64,000 nucleotides of DNA. Source: Brevinemataceae bacterium (GTDB taxonomy: Bacteria; Spirochaetota; Brevinematia; Brevinematales; Brevinemataceae). The notes beneath the pieces are model-generated. The model saw only the letters and a list, made by a program, of their open reading frames with translations, was not told the origin of the DNA and did not search any database. Shown here one piece after another: positions 48,401 to 58,328 of the stretch (the first letter of the stretch is position 1; every line of letters starts with the position of its first letter). The position numbers were made by a program, and so were the translations under genes. The DNA lies in the NCBI GenBank assembly GCA_051647535.1, contig JBOFEA010000015.1, forward strand, positions 11,058 to 75,057, written 5' to 3'.

Positions 48401-48814
48401 TCAATCTATCGGGTGTTCGTGATCAGGAATTTTAAATCCTTTATGAAGCAAAATCTGCTCTGTTTCCTGCGAAATAGGAAGATAACCTTGATTGAGCAAA
48501 CCTTGAGTAAAAATTCTGTTATAAAATAAGAATCCTAAGATATTTACTACAAAATAATAAATCATACTAAACCAAACATAAAAAGATCCGCTTTCTTCAA
48601 AACTCCAAGAAAAAGATCCGGGAGATTGAATAATAGTAATAGGAACAAAGTAAAAAGAAGCAAGATAAATGACAGAAAAAAACAAAAATGTTTTCCAATC
48701 ACGCCTCCACAACGTCACGAGAAGCCCAAAGAAAAACGTTGTCCAAGAAAGACCTATTATTCCGGGACGAATAGAGTTATTTTTGGGATTTCTAAGATAT
48801 ACTAACATTGCCAT
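48401..48814 (-). CDS. Small integral membrane protein (DUF2628-like)
   Basis: IGLSWTTFFFGLLVTLWRRDWKTF resembles the DUF2628 motif. Three to four TM segments. Confidence 0.4.
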   Translation of the reverse strand: MAMLVYLRNPKNNSIRPGIIGLSWTTFFFGLLVTLWRRDWKTFLFFSVIYLASFYFVPITIIQSPGSFSWSFEESGSFYVWFSMIYYFVVNILGFLFYNRIFTQGLLNQGYLPISQETEQILLHKGFKIPDHEHPID

Positions 48815-48882
48815 AAAAATTCCTTATTATTAAAAATATGTAAATCACCTGACTGATTTACTGCAAATATAATATGTCAGTA

Positions 48883-48920
48883 TTTCTGTTATTTTTGATA
48901 AATATCAAAAATAACAGAAA
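48883..48920. repeat. Perfect 18-bp inverted repeat with 2-nt spacer (terminator or operator) just downstream of pfp
   Basis: TTTCTGTTATTTTTGATA-aa-TATCAAAAATAACAGAAA, verified base by base. It begins 15 nt after the pfp stop on the minus strand. No clean U-tract follows. Confidence 0.9.
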
Positions 48921-48935
48921 CGTGATTAATTTGAT

Positions 48936-50666
48936 TTAAGAAAATATTTTAAAATCAGCACCCAAATCAAAAGATAAGTTTGAATAATTTCTATTTAATG
49001 CTACAGAAATAGGAAGCATTTTCGCTGCAGATCCAGAATACTGTCTTGGGCCGGGAGAAGCAAACAAATCATTTTGAGACCAAGCGGTACGACGTTCTGC
49101 AAAAAATTTAAAAGCCGGAGAGTCGAGTTTTACCAAGGCTTTTTCAATAACAAATTCATCTTTACCATGCCGAGATTCGATATTAAGAAGTCCGGTAAGA
49201 GGAACAGCAAGAATACGACCTCCACTTTGAAGATCGGTAATAGAAGCCATATATCCTGTCCATCCACCTAAAACAAGAGAACCTGCTGCAAGACCTAAAT
49301 TAAAACAGTACGCAGCATCAAATAATGTAGGTGCTCCACAACGTCCTTCATAGCCAAAGAAATGATTAATAGTATTGAATTTGAATGTTTTAAAAGTATT
49401 ATTTTGAGATTGTTGTTGCATTTCAGCAATTCGAACAGCAAGCATTTCAATGACCAATGTTTCAGTAGGAATTTGGGAAAGAGGAAGATTTCCATGAGAG
49501 TCTCTATCTAAGAGAAGCATATTTTTAATAAATTCAGGAAGTTGTGAATAAAGTTTGGACATTTGGGAAGAAAGATGTTCGATAATAAATTGTTGTTTTT
49601 GTTGAGCAGGCATGCTTGAAAATTGATCCAAATGCATTCCGATAATTTTATCCATTTCGGCAAGCATAGAACGCATTTCAGGAATAAATTCAATAAGCCC
49701 TTCCGGAATCAATACCAATCCATGATTAATACCATTTTCGGCACGTAATTTGATAACATTTGCGATATCGTCAATAACCTGCTTTAAAGACAATTTCTTT
49801 TCGAAAACTTCTTCAGAAATAACAGTGTAAGCAGGTTTGGTTTGAAGAGCAGTTTCCAAAGCAACATGGCTTGCCGCACGCCCCATAATTTTGACAAAAT
49901 GCCAATATTTAAGCGATGAAGCGGTATCTTGAAGAATATTACCAACCATTTCAGAATAAATCTTAGTCGCGGTATCAAAACCAAAAGAAATCGGTAATAG
50001 ATCGCCAAGCTGCAGATCACCGTCAATAGTCTTAGGCACGCCAACAACAGAAACCCCTTGAGGAGCAAGAAGTTCAGCCAAAACAGCAGCATTAGTATTA
50101 GAATCGTCACCTCCGACAATAATAATTGCATCGATTTTATGTTCGGAAACAACTTTCTTTACACATTCAAATTGTTCTTGTGTTTTAATTTTTGTACGGT
50201 CGGATCCCATAAAATCAAATCCGCCGGTATTTAAGATATTTTGAGCCATTTGTTCGGTAATTTCAAAGAAGTCACCAGCAAGAAGCCCTTTTGGACCAGC
50301 CTTAACAGCAAGCAGAGTATTAGTACTACCGAGAGCCTTTTTTATTCCGGCAACAATATTATGACCACCAGAAGCAGGACCACCGGAAAATAACACCGCT
50401 ACTCTTTTATGTTGAGTTGAAACACCTGTACCGGATATTTTCAGCACTGCATTCCGATGTTTCTCTATACTTAAAGGAAATACTTTTGCGACTTCTTGAG
50501 AGTCTTTTGTTTGAATTACTTGAGAAGAAGCCTCAAATATAGCAGGTTTAATTTCTCCGTTAGAAATAAATTCAGATACAACAGGAATAGAGAGGTTTCT
50601 AATGAAATTCTCAAAAGAAGAACGACCTTTTTCCATATTTAATAAATGCTTGGAAAGTTCAGACAT
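48936..50666 (-). CDS. pfp: Diphosphate--fructose-6-phosphate 1-phosphotransferase (PPi-dependent PFK, long type)
   Basis: GGDDSNT (Asp where ATP-PFKs have Gly) and PKTIDGD (Lys where ATP-PFKs have Gly). These are the two substitutions established as diagnostic of PPi dependence. Confidence 0.88.
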   Translation of the reverse strand: MSELSKHLLNMEKGRSSFENFIRNLSIPVVSEFISNGEIKPAIFEASSQVIQTKDSQEVAKVFPLSIEKHRNAVLKISGTGVSTQHKRVAVLFSGGPASGGHNIVAGIKKALGSTNTLLAVKAGPKGLLAGDFFEITEQMAQNILNTGGFDFMGSDRTKIKTQEQFECVKKVVSEHKIDAIIIVGGDDSNTNAAVLAELLAPQGVSVVGVPKTIDGDLQLGDLLPISFGFDTATKIYSEMVGNILQDTASSLKYWHFVKIMGRAASHVALETALQTKPAYTVISEEVFEKKLSLKQVIDDIANVIKLRAENGINHGLVLIPEGLIEFIPEMRSMLAEMDKIIGMHLDQFSSMPAQQKQQFIIEHLSSQMSKLYSQLPEFIKNMLLLDRDSHGNLPLSQIPTETLVIEMLAVRIAEMQQQSQNNTFKTFKFNTINHFFGYEGRCGAPTLFDAAYCFNLGLAAGSLVLGGWTGYMASITDLQSGGRILAVPLTGLLNIESRHGKDEFVIEKALVKLDSPAFKFFAERRTAWSQNDLFASPGPRQYSGSAAKMLPISVALNRNYSNLSFDLGADFKIFS

Positions 50667-50689
50667 TTCAAATCTCCTAAAAATTATAA

Positions 50690-51649
50690 TTACTTTTCTA
50701 CAAAACGACCTAATTTTCTAAAACGTTCATAACGTTCATTAATAAGTTTTTTGGAAGTTTTTTTATTCAGTGCTGTCAAATCTGAAATAAGAATATTTTT
50801 CAACCCTACTATTGTTTGATCAGGATCTCTATGTGCTCCGCCTAAGGGTTCGGAAATAATTTGATCAATTACATCAAATTTCTTTAAATAGGCTGCTGTA
50901 TACTTCAGTGCTTCGGCAGCCTGCTGAGCCATAGCGGAATCATGCCATAAAATAGAAGCACAAGATTCTGGAGAAATAACAGAATATACAGAATTTTCAA
51001 ACATTAACACCTTATCCGCAACCGCAATTCCTAAAGCTCCACCACTTCCGCCTTCTCCAATAATGATCGAAATAACAGGTACTTCTAAACTAAAAAACTC
51101 CAGTAAATTTTTAGCTATTGCCTCTCCTTGCCCGCGTTCTTCCGCACCTATTCCGGGATAAGCCCCCGGAGTATCAACAAACGTAACGATAGGTTTTTTA
51201 AACTTCGCAGCCATTTTAGCCAAACGAAGAGCTTTACGATAACCTTCAGGATTGGGCATTCCAAAATTCCTTTTTAGGCGTGATTCCATATCAATCCCTT
51301 TTTCCTGACCAATAATCATCACTTTATGATCACCGATACAAGCCCAACCACCTAAAATTGCCCCATCATCGCCAAACAATCTATCTCCATGCAGTTCAAT
51401 AAAATCCGAACACATCTTAGAGGCATAGTCCAAAAAACCTGGTCTGGCCGTATGACGCGCAACCTGCGTAATCTGCCAAGGAGTTAAATTTTTGTACAAT
51501 ATAGAAAGAATATCTTGTCTTTTTTTTCGAAGATTATTTATTTGACTGTCATTAGGTTCAGCTTCCGCAAGCAGTTGTTCCAACACTTGATCAATTTCTT
51601 GTATTTCATTTTCAAAATCCAAATAAATCATAGCTTTTCTCATTATCAA
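50690..51649 (-). CDS. accA: Acetyl-CoA carboxylase carboxyltransferase subunit alpha
   Basis: LDFENEIQEIDQ N-terminus, FVDTPGAYPGIGAEERGQGEAIA, IGEGGSGGALG. The start is uncertain: TTG 51649, ATG 51643 or ATG 51631. Confidence 0.88.
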   Translation of the reverse strand: MIMRKAMIYLDFENEIQEIDQVLEQLLAEAEPNDSQINNLRKKRQDILSILYKNLTPWQITQVARHTARPGFLDYASKMCSDFIELHGDRLFGDDGAILGGWACIGDHKVMIIGQEKGIDMESRLKRNFGMPNPEGYRKALRLAKMAAKFKKPIVTFVDTPGAYPGIGAEERGQGEAIAKNLLEFFSLEVPVISIIIGEGGSGGALGIAVADKVLMFENSVYSVISPESCASILWHDSAMAQQAAEALKYTAAYLKKFDVIDQIISEPLGGAHRDPDQTIVGLKNILISDLTALNKKTSKKLINERYERFRKLGRFVEK

Positions 51650-51703
51650 TAATTTTACAATATTATATCGTATTATAAATATCTCGTCAAGAATTTAAAA
51701 GAA

Positions 51704-51732
51704 ATCAAAGCGAGCAAACTACCCGCTTTGAT
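51704..51732. terminator. Hairpin terminator between the ppiase gene and accA
   Basis: ATCAAAGCG-11 nt-CGCTTTGAT with T-rich flanks on both strands. Confidence 0.5.
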
Positions 51733-51764
51733 TTTTTGAATTATCAATTCAAGACTAAATAATA

Positions 51765-52331
51765 TTATTTTGAATATTTAATAGTCAATTTTTTCATTGT
51801 AACTGGCTTAACAGGTTTATCGGATTGATCTGTTTTAACAGATCCGATTTTTTGCACAATATCCAAACCTTCAATAACCTGACCAAATACAGCATGCTTA
51901 CCGTCAAGCCAAGATGTTGGTACTAAAGTGATGAAAAATTGAGAACCTCCGGTATTAGGACCGGCATTAGCCATAGACAAAACTCCACCTTTAGCATGTT
52001 TCAACATAGGATGAAATTCATCTTTAATAGTATAGCCTGGACCGCCCATTCCAGTACCTTGCGGATCTCCGGTTTGAATCATGAAATCCTTAATCACTCT
52101 GTGGAAAATAATACCGTCATAATATCCTTTCTCCACTAATGAAATAAAATTACTTACAGTAATAGGAGCCTTATCTTGAAAAAGTTCGGCCTGAACAGTT
52201 CCTTCAGATGTTTCAATAATAACAACTGGATTTTTAGAATTTACAGGAAGAATTCGTGACGACTGTGCATGATTTTCAACCAATGACATAAAAACTGCTC
52301 CTAACATTAAAATGATACTTTTAAGCTTCAT
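51765..52331 (-). CDS. Secreted cyclophilin-type peptidyl-prolyl cis-trans isomerase
   Basis: [35 protein letters not shown] 52331 ([10 protein letters not shown] signal peptide) preferred over ATG 52343, which abuts the GGAGG with no spacing. Confidence 0.88.
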   Translation of the reverse strand: MKLKSIILMLGAVFMSLVENHAQSSRILPVNSKNPVVIIETSEGTVQAELFQDKAPITVSNFISLVEKGYYDGIIFHRVIKDFMIQTGDPQGTGMGGPGYTIKDEFHPMLKHAKGGVLSMANAGPNTGGSQFFITLVPTSWLDGKHAVFGQVIEGLDIVQKIGSVKTDQSDKPVKPVTMKKLTIKYSK

Positions 52332-52503
52332 AATTCGGTACATCCTCCATTTTTATAAATTAAAGCATATTATACTGTGTTCATTATTTTTTTGCAACTT
52401 TTTATTATTATCAAATTTTTTCAACTTAATTATTCAATCCAAATATGTACTTATTATAGTTAAATAATTTTATAATAAATACGAATAAAACTTTCAACAA
52501 TTA

Positions 52504-52532
52504 TTGAAAAAATTTTAAAAATAATTTATAAT
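52504..52532 (+). promoter_or_regulatory. Sigma70-type promoter candidate for the pbp-DUF502-maf operon
   Basis: TTGAAA (52504-52509), 17-nt spacer, TATAAT (52527-52532), about 40 nt upstream of ATG 52573. Confidence 0.45.
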
Positions 52533-52572
52533 AGTACTGTTGACAAAGTGAATTATTCTAAATATCTATATC

Positions 52573-54144
52573 ATGGAATCAAATATCATGACAAAACTGC
52601 CCAGATTTCATATTTTTATCCTAGGCATTTTTTTAATTTTTGGTCTTACCATTCTTCGACTAGGACAAACTACCCTATTTCCTGATAAAAGGTTAAAAAC
52701 ATCATTCGAAAAAACAAATAATCCTCGGGGAAAAATTTACGATAAATTCGGTCATTTGATAGCAGGTGTTTCATCAACAAGATCACTATACGCTCGCCCC
52801 AAAAAATTGAGCGATGAGTTGAGGGACTATTTAAAATCAGCCTTGTTCTCAACAGGATATTTTTCGGAAGAAGAATTAAAAAATTTTGATAAAACAAACA
52901 GACATTTTGTTTATATCAAACGCGATATGACTCCCTCAATTACCAAACCTGTAGAAGAACTGTATAATATTTTAAAAAAAGAAAAATATCTGACACAAGA
53001 TGAATTAGGATTAATATCAGAAGAGTCGCGTTTTTACCCATACTTCTTTTTATCTCCTATTATTGGTTCGATAGGCAGAGAAGGTTCCGGTCTTCAAGGA
53101 ATAGAGTATACATTCAATTCCGAACTTCAGCAAGGGTTGGATATTCATTTAACACTTGATATTGAAGTATCAAGAATAGCTTATGAAGAACTGGCACGTA
53201 GTGTTTCCGAATCAGATGCCGATTCAGGAAGCGTTGTAATTTTAGACATCAAATCTAGAGAATTACTTGCATTGGTACAGGCAGGAAAAAATTCGGAATC
53301 CCCTCTTTCAGTATCATACATTTATGAACCCGGTTCCGTAATGAAAATGTTTACAGCTGCATTTGCTATGGAACAGGGGCTTGCATCAACTACTTCTCCA
53401 TTATTTGACGACAACACAGCTTACAAAATAGGAGATTATACATTTAATAAACCCGTATTAGGATATATTCCTCTAGGAATCATGCTGAAAAAATCAGCAA
53501 ATATATCTTTTGCCAGATTAGCCGGCCAATTCGGATCAAACGACTTTTATTTATGGATGAAAGAATTAGGTTTTGGAAGCAAACCTGATTTACCTTTAAC
53601 AAGTTTAGAAAAGGGAATCCTCCATCCTCCAAACAAATGGTCAGCATTATCAAAACCAATGATCGCTATAGGACAAGAAATAGGCGTAACAACTATTCAA
53701 CTTGCATCAGCAGCGGCAGTAATAGGTGGAGGTGGTAAATTTATTCCACTTTCTTTGATCCGATCAATAAAAACACCAAGCGGACAAGAATTATCCACTA
53801 ATAACCGGCAATCAAAACAGCTGTTTCATCCCCAAAAATCAAAAGAACTCCTTTATGCTATGGAACAAAGTATTCTAAAAGGTGGAACAGGTTCAAAAGC
53901 GGCATTAGACGGAATTCGAAGTGCAGGAAAAACAGGAACAGGAATGATTGCCAAATCAGGCTACACAGAAGGAAGAAATAATACAACATTTATTGGATTC
54001 CTTCCTTTAGAAAACCCAAGCCTTGTTATTGTAATCGCAATTCACAACCCTAAAGGAAGCTCGCGGAGCGGTGGTGGTGTTTCTGCTCCTCTATTTGCAA
54101 ATATTGTACGTAGAATTGCTTTGTCTACATCATATTTAGAGTAA
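52573..54144 (+). CDS. Class B penicillin-binding protein (PBP2/FtsI-type transpeptidase)
   Basis: N-terminal TM anchor, SxxK (GSVMK), SxN (SAN), KTG (KTGTG) in canonical order. Confidence 0.85.
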   Translation: MESNIMTKLPRFHIFILGIFLIFGLTILRLGQTTLFPDKRLKTSFEKTNNPRGKIYDKFGHLIAGVSSTRSLYARPKKLSDELRDYLKSALFSTGYFSEEELKNFDKTNRHFVYIKRDMTPSITKPVEELYNILKKEKYLTQDELGLISEESRFYPYFFLSPIIGSIGREGSGLQGIEYTFNSELQQGLDIHLTLDIEVSRIAYEELARSVSESDADSGSVVILDIKSRELLALVQAGKNSESPLSVSYIYEPGSVMKMFTAAFAMEQGLASTTSPLFDDNTAYKIGDYTFNKPVLGYIPLGIMLKKSANISFARLAGQFGSNDFYLWMKELGFGSKPDLPLTSLEKGILHPPNKWSALSKPMIAIGQEIGVTTIQLASAAAVIGGGGKFIPLSLIRSIKTPSGQELSTNNRQSKQLFHPQKSKELLYAMEQSILKGGTGSKAALDGIRSAGKTGTGMIAKSGYTEGRNNTTFIGFLPLENPSLVIVIAIHNPKGSSRSGGGVSAPLFANIVRRIALSTSYLE

Positions 54145-54179
54145 AAAACAAACTATTCTTTTTGCGGAGTTTCACCAAT

Positions 54180-55490
54180 ATGAAAACTAAAAATATCTTC
54201 TCAAGTGCTTTTAAAGACGGAATTTTATTAATTCTTCCGTTTGGAATTACTATTGGATTAATTGTATGGATATGGTCATTTTTGAAAGCATATATTCCTA
54301 ACGTCACTATATTTCTACCATCCGCATTGACTTCTTACAAATACTTTTCCTACATTACCGATATTGTATCGTTAATGATTGTTCTCTTTGGAATTACATT
54401 CTCCGGAATGATTGCATCAACATTTTTAGGAAAGTTTTTTTTATTGCTGATCGATCGAATCTTAATGGCTCCAACTTTCATCAATCCTTTATACAAAACG
54501 TTCAAAAAAATAGCAGAATTAATCTTTCAAAATGATCCTTCCGTCACAAACACTTTTTCAAAAAGTATTTTGGTTCCCTATCCTAACGAATATTCAAAAA
54601 GTATAGGATTTATTACCAGCAACCATGCAAGACATATTTTTAACTCAGATGAAGGCAATAATTGGATCACGGTATATCTTCCTTCAGCACCTTTGGTATC
54701 AGCAGGATTTTTTCTTTTATGCCGCAAAGAAGATACAGAACCATGCCTTCTAAAAAGTGGAAATGCCATGTCTACTGTTATTTCTATCGGAGTTGTTCAA
54801 CACGACGAATCCGCAAACAGCCAATTAAATATTGAACCTTCAACCGAAAATAAAGTCAATTATCTTACCAAATCTTTCTTTAACGGTATTCTTATTTTGG
54901 GTCCTTTAGTGGCAACTATTTCTATTATTGCATGGGTTGCCCAAAAGTTATATGGTATTTTAAGTTCCGTAATAAAAGTATTTCCTCCTATCTTTACAGA
55001 TATCATTCCTTTGCATTGGTATGATCTTCTATTCAGCAGTGTGTTAATGATTATTATCATTTTACTTATTATTCTGCTTGGTCTGTTGGGAGAAAGTGCT
55101 ATAGGATTATGGTTTAGAAGTATTTCACATAGATTATTAAATGCAATACCTATGTTTAATTCCATTTACAATAATGTTAACAAAATTATTAAAGTTTTTT
55201 TTCCGGATCCTTCTCAAACAAACAAATTTAACCAAGCTGTTCTCGTTCCTTACCCCACCGAAAAAACTCTTGCAGTAGGATTTGTCACAGGAAAAGATAG
55301 TTCACAGATTATAGATCCCGGTCACGATTTCGTGCCTGTATTTATACCGACAACACCTATTCCTACAACCGGGTGGTTTATTAATATTAGCAAAGATAAA
55401 ATTATTCCTTTAGATATGAGTATTGATAAAGCATTTGCGTTAGTAATCTCAAGCGGTATTTTAGTAGAAGAACCAAAAAAATCGGATTAA
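54180..55490 (+). CDS. Membrane protein with two tandem DUF502 domains
   Basis: Two halves of about 210 aa each contain TM pairs plus F.K..LVPYP.E....GF.T.......V..P..P....G.F. Half 1 is degenerate (LPSAPLVSAGFF) and half 2 is near-canonical (IPTTPIPTTGWF, LDMSIDKAFALVISSG). ATG 54180 preferred to TTG 54162. Confidence 0.7.
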   Translation: MKTKNIFSSAFKDGILLILPFGITIGLIVWIWSFLKAYIPNVTIFLPSALTSYKYFSYITDIVSLMIVLFGITFSGMIASTFLGKFFLLLIDRILMAPTFINPLYKTFKKIAELIFQNDPSVTNTFSKSILVPYPNEYSKSIGFITSNHARHIFNSDEGNNWITVYLPSAPLVSAGFFLLCRKEDTEPCLLKSGNAMSTVISIGVVQHDESANSQLNIEPSTENKVNYLTKSFFNGILILGPLVATISIIAWVAQKLYGILSSVIKVFPPIFTDIIPLHWYDLLFSSVLMIIIILLIILLGLLGESAIGLWFRSISHRLLNAIPMFNSIYNNVNKIIKVFFPDPSQTNKFNQAVLVPYPTEKTLAVGFVTGKDSSQIIDPGHDFVPVFIPTTPIPTTGWFINISKDKIIPLDMSIDKAFALVISSGILVEEPKKSD

Positions 55491-55499
55491 GATTTTATC

Positions 55500-57242
55500 A
55501 TGATAGATATAATAAATATTATTACAAATGCTGACAATTCGTTTAATTTTGATATTATTTTTAATAATAGAATTTTAAAACTTCACTCTTCACGACCGAT
55601 AGCAGAAGCACAAAAAATTTTTTCCAATCTTCCACAAAAAGAAAATGCATTATATTTTATTGGTGGCTTAGGATTAGGATACTTATTAGAAAAAATTATT
55701 TGTGAAACCGAATATCAATGTTTGGTATATGAGCCGGATTCCTCTATTTTCAAAAAAACAATAGAACTAAGACCCGAATTACAACAGCTCTTATTGAATA
55801 ATAGCAGAGTATTTTTTGTCCAAAATTTACAAGATTTACAACATATTTCAACTCAATTAAAAATTAATGACGTAGTATTCAATATACACAGACCTTATGC
55901 AGAAATATTTCCGAAAGAGTTTCTGCAAGCAAAAGAAATAATTGCCGGATGTATTAGAAAACAAGAAGTCGGCGTTTCAACAATAATTAGATTCAGCAAA
56001 ACATGGACAAAGAACATTTTCAAAAATATGCATCGCTATTTTACCGGAAATAAATTAATTCATTATAAAAATGCATGTATCGATCAACCGGCTGTTATTA
56101 TTGGTGCAGGTTCTTCTTTGGAACAAGCACTTCCATATATCAAACAATATCAAGATCAGATGATTTTGATTGCTTGTGATACAACACTTCCAATCTTATC
56201 AGCTTCTAATATTTCTCCGGATTTTGTAGTAACTGTAGACGCTCAAGAAAAAAATGCTTATTACCTGAGGTACAGCCAAAATAAAAACCATATATTAATT
56301 GCAGATCCGGGAGTTCATGATAGTTCTTTTGAAGATTATGACAGTAATAATATTATTCTAATGGATTCTTTTTTTCCATTTTATCCTTTTTTCGAAAAAT
56401 TTTGGGGAGCAAACGGACTTTTATCCTCAGGAGGATCTGTATCCACATCAGCTTTTGATTTAGCGCGCCAATTAGGATGTAATCCTATTATTATGGCAGG
56501 ACAAGATTTGTCATTTTCCAATAACAAAACCCATAGTCAAGGAAATATATTGGCTGAAAATAATCGTATCCAACACCATCGATTATCACCTTTCCACACC
56601 CAGCAAGCTCATACAACTTACGCTGTACACAGCCGATATATTAAAGGTCGAAAACCTAATTCTTTTGTATTGGCAGATGCACGTTTTATTATATTCAAAG
56701 AGTGGTTTGAAGAACAAATTGTCAAAACCTCTGCTGAAGTAATTATTGCCGGAATGGATGGTGCTTATTTGGAAGGCGCAACTCATAAGGAAATCAGCAA
56801 AGCATTCGAACTTCTTCCTTCAACACGACTCAAAAAAAACTATACTCTTCCTATTACACCAATAGCAGACACAGAATATCATAAATATCTGGATACTATT
56901 TACAAATCTATCTGCAATCTGCTTCCTATATGCCAAAAAAGTTTAACGTCCATCAAACAATCATATAAAAACAATAATCCCTCTCAAGCTGCAGCAGAAA
57001 CAACGAAATTACAAAAAATCTTAAATACTGAAAATTCAGAACATTCAGTAATTGCTTATATGGTTTCCACATGTATTCAAGATTCGATTCATCAAACAAT
57101 GTCCGCCAATTTTGACCAAACATCTCCAGAAGAACAGCAACAGCTTCAAACAGCACTATGTACAGATATTGTAAAAAGTCTAAAGCTATTAAAGAATCAA
57201 ATTCATAAAGCACAGTATTTGATAAAAAAACAAACTCTTTAA
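55500..57242 (+). CDS. maf: Motility accessory factor (Maf) / DUF115 MptE-like putative flagellin glycosyltransferase, paralogue 2
   Basis: LHSSRPIAEAQ, VIIGAGSSLEQALPYI, LIACDTTLPILSASNISPDFVVTVDAQ, SGGSVSTSAFDLARQLGCNPIIMAGQDLSFS. Confidence 0.75.
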   Translation: MIDIINIITNADNSFNFDIIFNNRILKLHSSRPIAEAQKIFSNLPQKENALYFIGGLGLGYLLEKIICETEYQCLVYEPDSSIFKKTIELRPELQQLLLNNSRVFFVQNLQDLQHISTQLKINDVVFNIHRPYAEIFPKEFLQAKEIIAGCIRKQEVGVSTIIRFSKTWTKNIFKNMHRYFTGNKLIHYKNACIDQPAVIIGAGSSLEQALPYIKQYQDQMILIACDTTLPILSASNISPDFVVTVDAQEKNAYYLRYSQNKNHILIADPGVHDSSFEDYDSNNIILMDSFFPFYPFFEKFWGANGLLSSGGSVSTSAFDLARQLGCNPIIMAGQDLSFSNNKTHSQGNILAENNRIQHHRLSPFHTQQAHTTYAVHSRYIKGRKPNSFVLADARFIIFKEWFEEQIVKTSAEVIIAGMDGAYLEGATHKEISKAFELLPSTRLKKNYTLPITPIADTEYHKYLDTIYKSICNLLPICQKSLTSIKQSYKNNNPSQAAAETTKLQKILNTENSEHSVIAYMVSTCIQDSIHQTMSANFDQTSPEEQQQLQTALCTDIVKSLKLLKNQIHKAQYLIKKQTL

Positions 57243-57258
57243 AAGAGTTTGTTTTTTT
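57224..57258. terminator. Bidirectional intrinsic terminator between maf-2 and the convergent pot operon
   Basis: AAAAAAACAAACTCTT-taa-AAGAGTTTGTTTTTTT, overlapping the maf stop codon. Confidence 0.75.
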
Positions 57259-57282
57259 TATCATTATTACTTTTTATCATTA

Positions 57283-58311
57283 CTATTGAGCTTGAATATT
57301 TTCCCATATACGAGATTGGATTTCCAAAGCCTTAGGACTTATCGGTTCGAGCATAGAAACGTTTGATAATTGATCGTAGCTGATTGGTGACTGAACAGTC
57401 ATTAATTCTCTAGCAGGAACATTAAGAGACAAAGATTCTAAAGAATCCATGATTCGGGCATAAATATCAGGACGGTGAATAAAATTGATAAACTTCAACG
57501 CTGCCGATTTATTAGGAGCATTTTTTAAAATTAAGAAACTGTCTACCCACATAATGGCACCTTTTTCAGGAACAATAAATTTTGAAGCTTGTCTTTTAGT
57601 AGCACTAAGATTGGGAAGAATCGTATCAGGATATCCATGTACTAAATCAACTTCTCCATTAGCATAAGCAATTTGGAAAGAATCAGAGTCAAATTTCAAA
57701 ATATTCTGCTTCCAACTTTGAAGCTGTGCTTGAGCTTTAGATAAAGCTTCTTGATTGGTTTCATCAATAGAATAACCCAAATACAAAAGTGTTGAACCAA
57801 AAGTTTCTCTCATATCGTTTAATAAAGTCATTCTACCTTTATAATCAGGATTATCAAAAATTTCAAATCCTTTTACTTCATTAGTCACTACATTGGTATC
57901 GTATGCAATAGCAGTCACACCAAATGCAAAAGGTATAATATATTGATGATTGGAATCATATTTTGCAATTTTCTTCATAATTTCAGGATCGATATTTGTC
58001 ATATTAGGAATTTCTTCTTTATCGACAGCCTCTACCAATCCTTCCTGCATTACTATTGCAGCGTAATCCAGTGATGGGGTAATAATATCATAGTTTGCCG
58101 TACTTGACTTAACTTTAGTATACATTTCTTCATTAGAAGAAACCGCATCTTCTACAACACGAATACCTGTTTCTTTTTCGAAATCCTTATAAACATCTTG
58201 AGGTATATTATCAGTCCACATATAAATACGCAGCTGTTCTTTTTTATTTCCGCCGCAGGAAACAATACCCAATGATATAAATAACAATAAGATTTTACCC
58301 AATAAATTCAT
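57283..58311 (-). CDS. potD: Spermidine/putrescine ABC transporter substrate-binding lipoprotein PotD
   Basis: Lipobox GIVSCGG, SBP_bac_8-like sequence, operon position after potABC. Confidence 0.8.
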   Translation of the reverse strand: MNLLGKILLLFISLGIVSCGGNKKEQLRIYMWTDNIPQDVYKDFEKETGIRVVEDAVSSNEEMYTKVKSSTANYDIITPSLDYAAIVMQEGLVEAVDKEEIPNMTNIDPEIMKKIAKYDSNHQYIIPFAFGVTAIAYDTNVVTNEVKGFEIFDNPDYKGRMTLLNDMRETFGSTLLYLGYSIDETNQEALSKAQAQLQSWKQNILKFDSDSFQIAYANGEVDLVHGYPDTILPNLSATKRQASKFIVPEKGAIMWVDSFLILKNAPNKSAALKFINFIHRPDIYARIMDSLESLSLNVPARELMTVQSPISYDQLSNVSMLEPISPKALEIQSRIWENIQAQ

Positions 58312-58328
58312 TATTTACTCCTTTGAAA

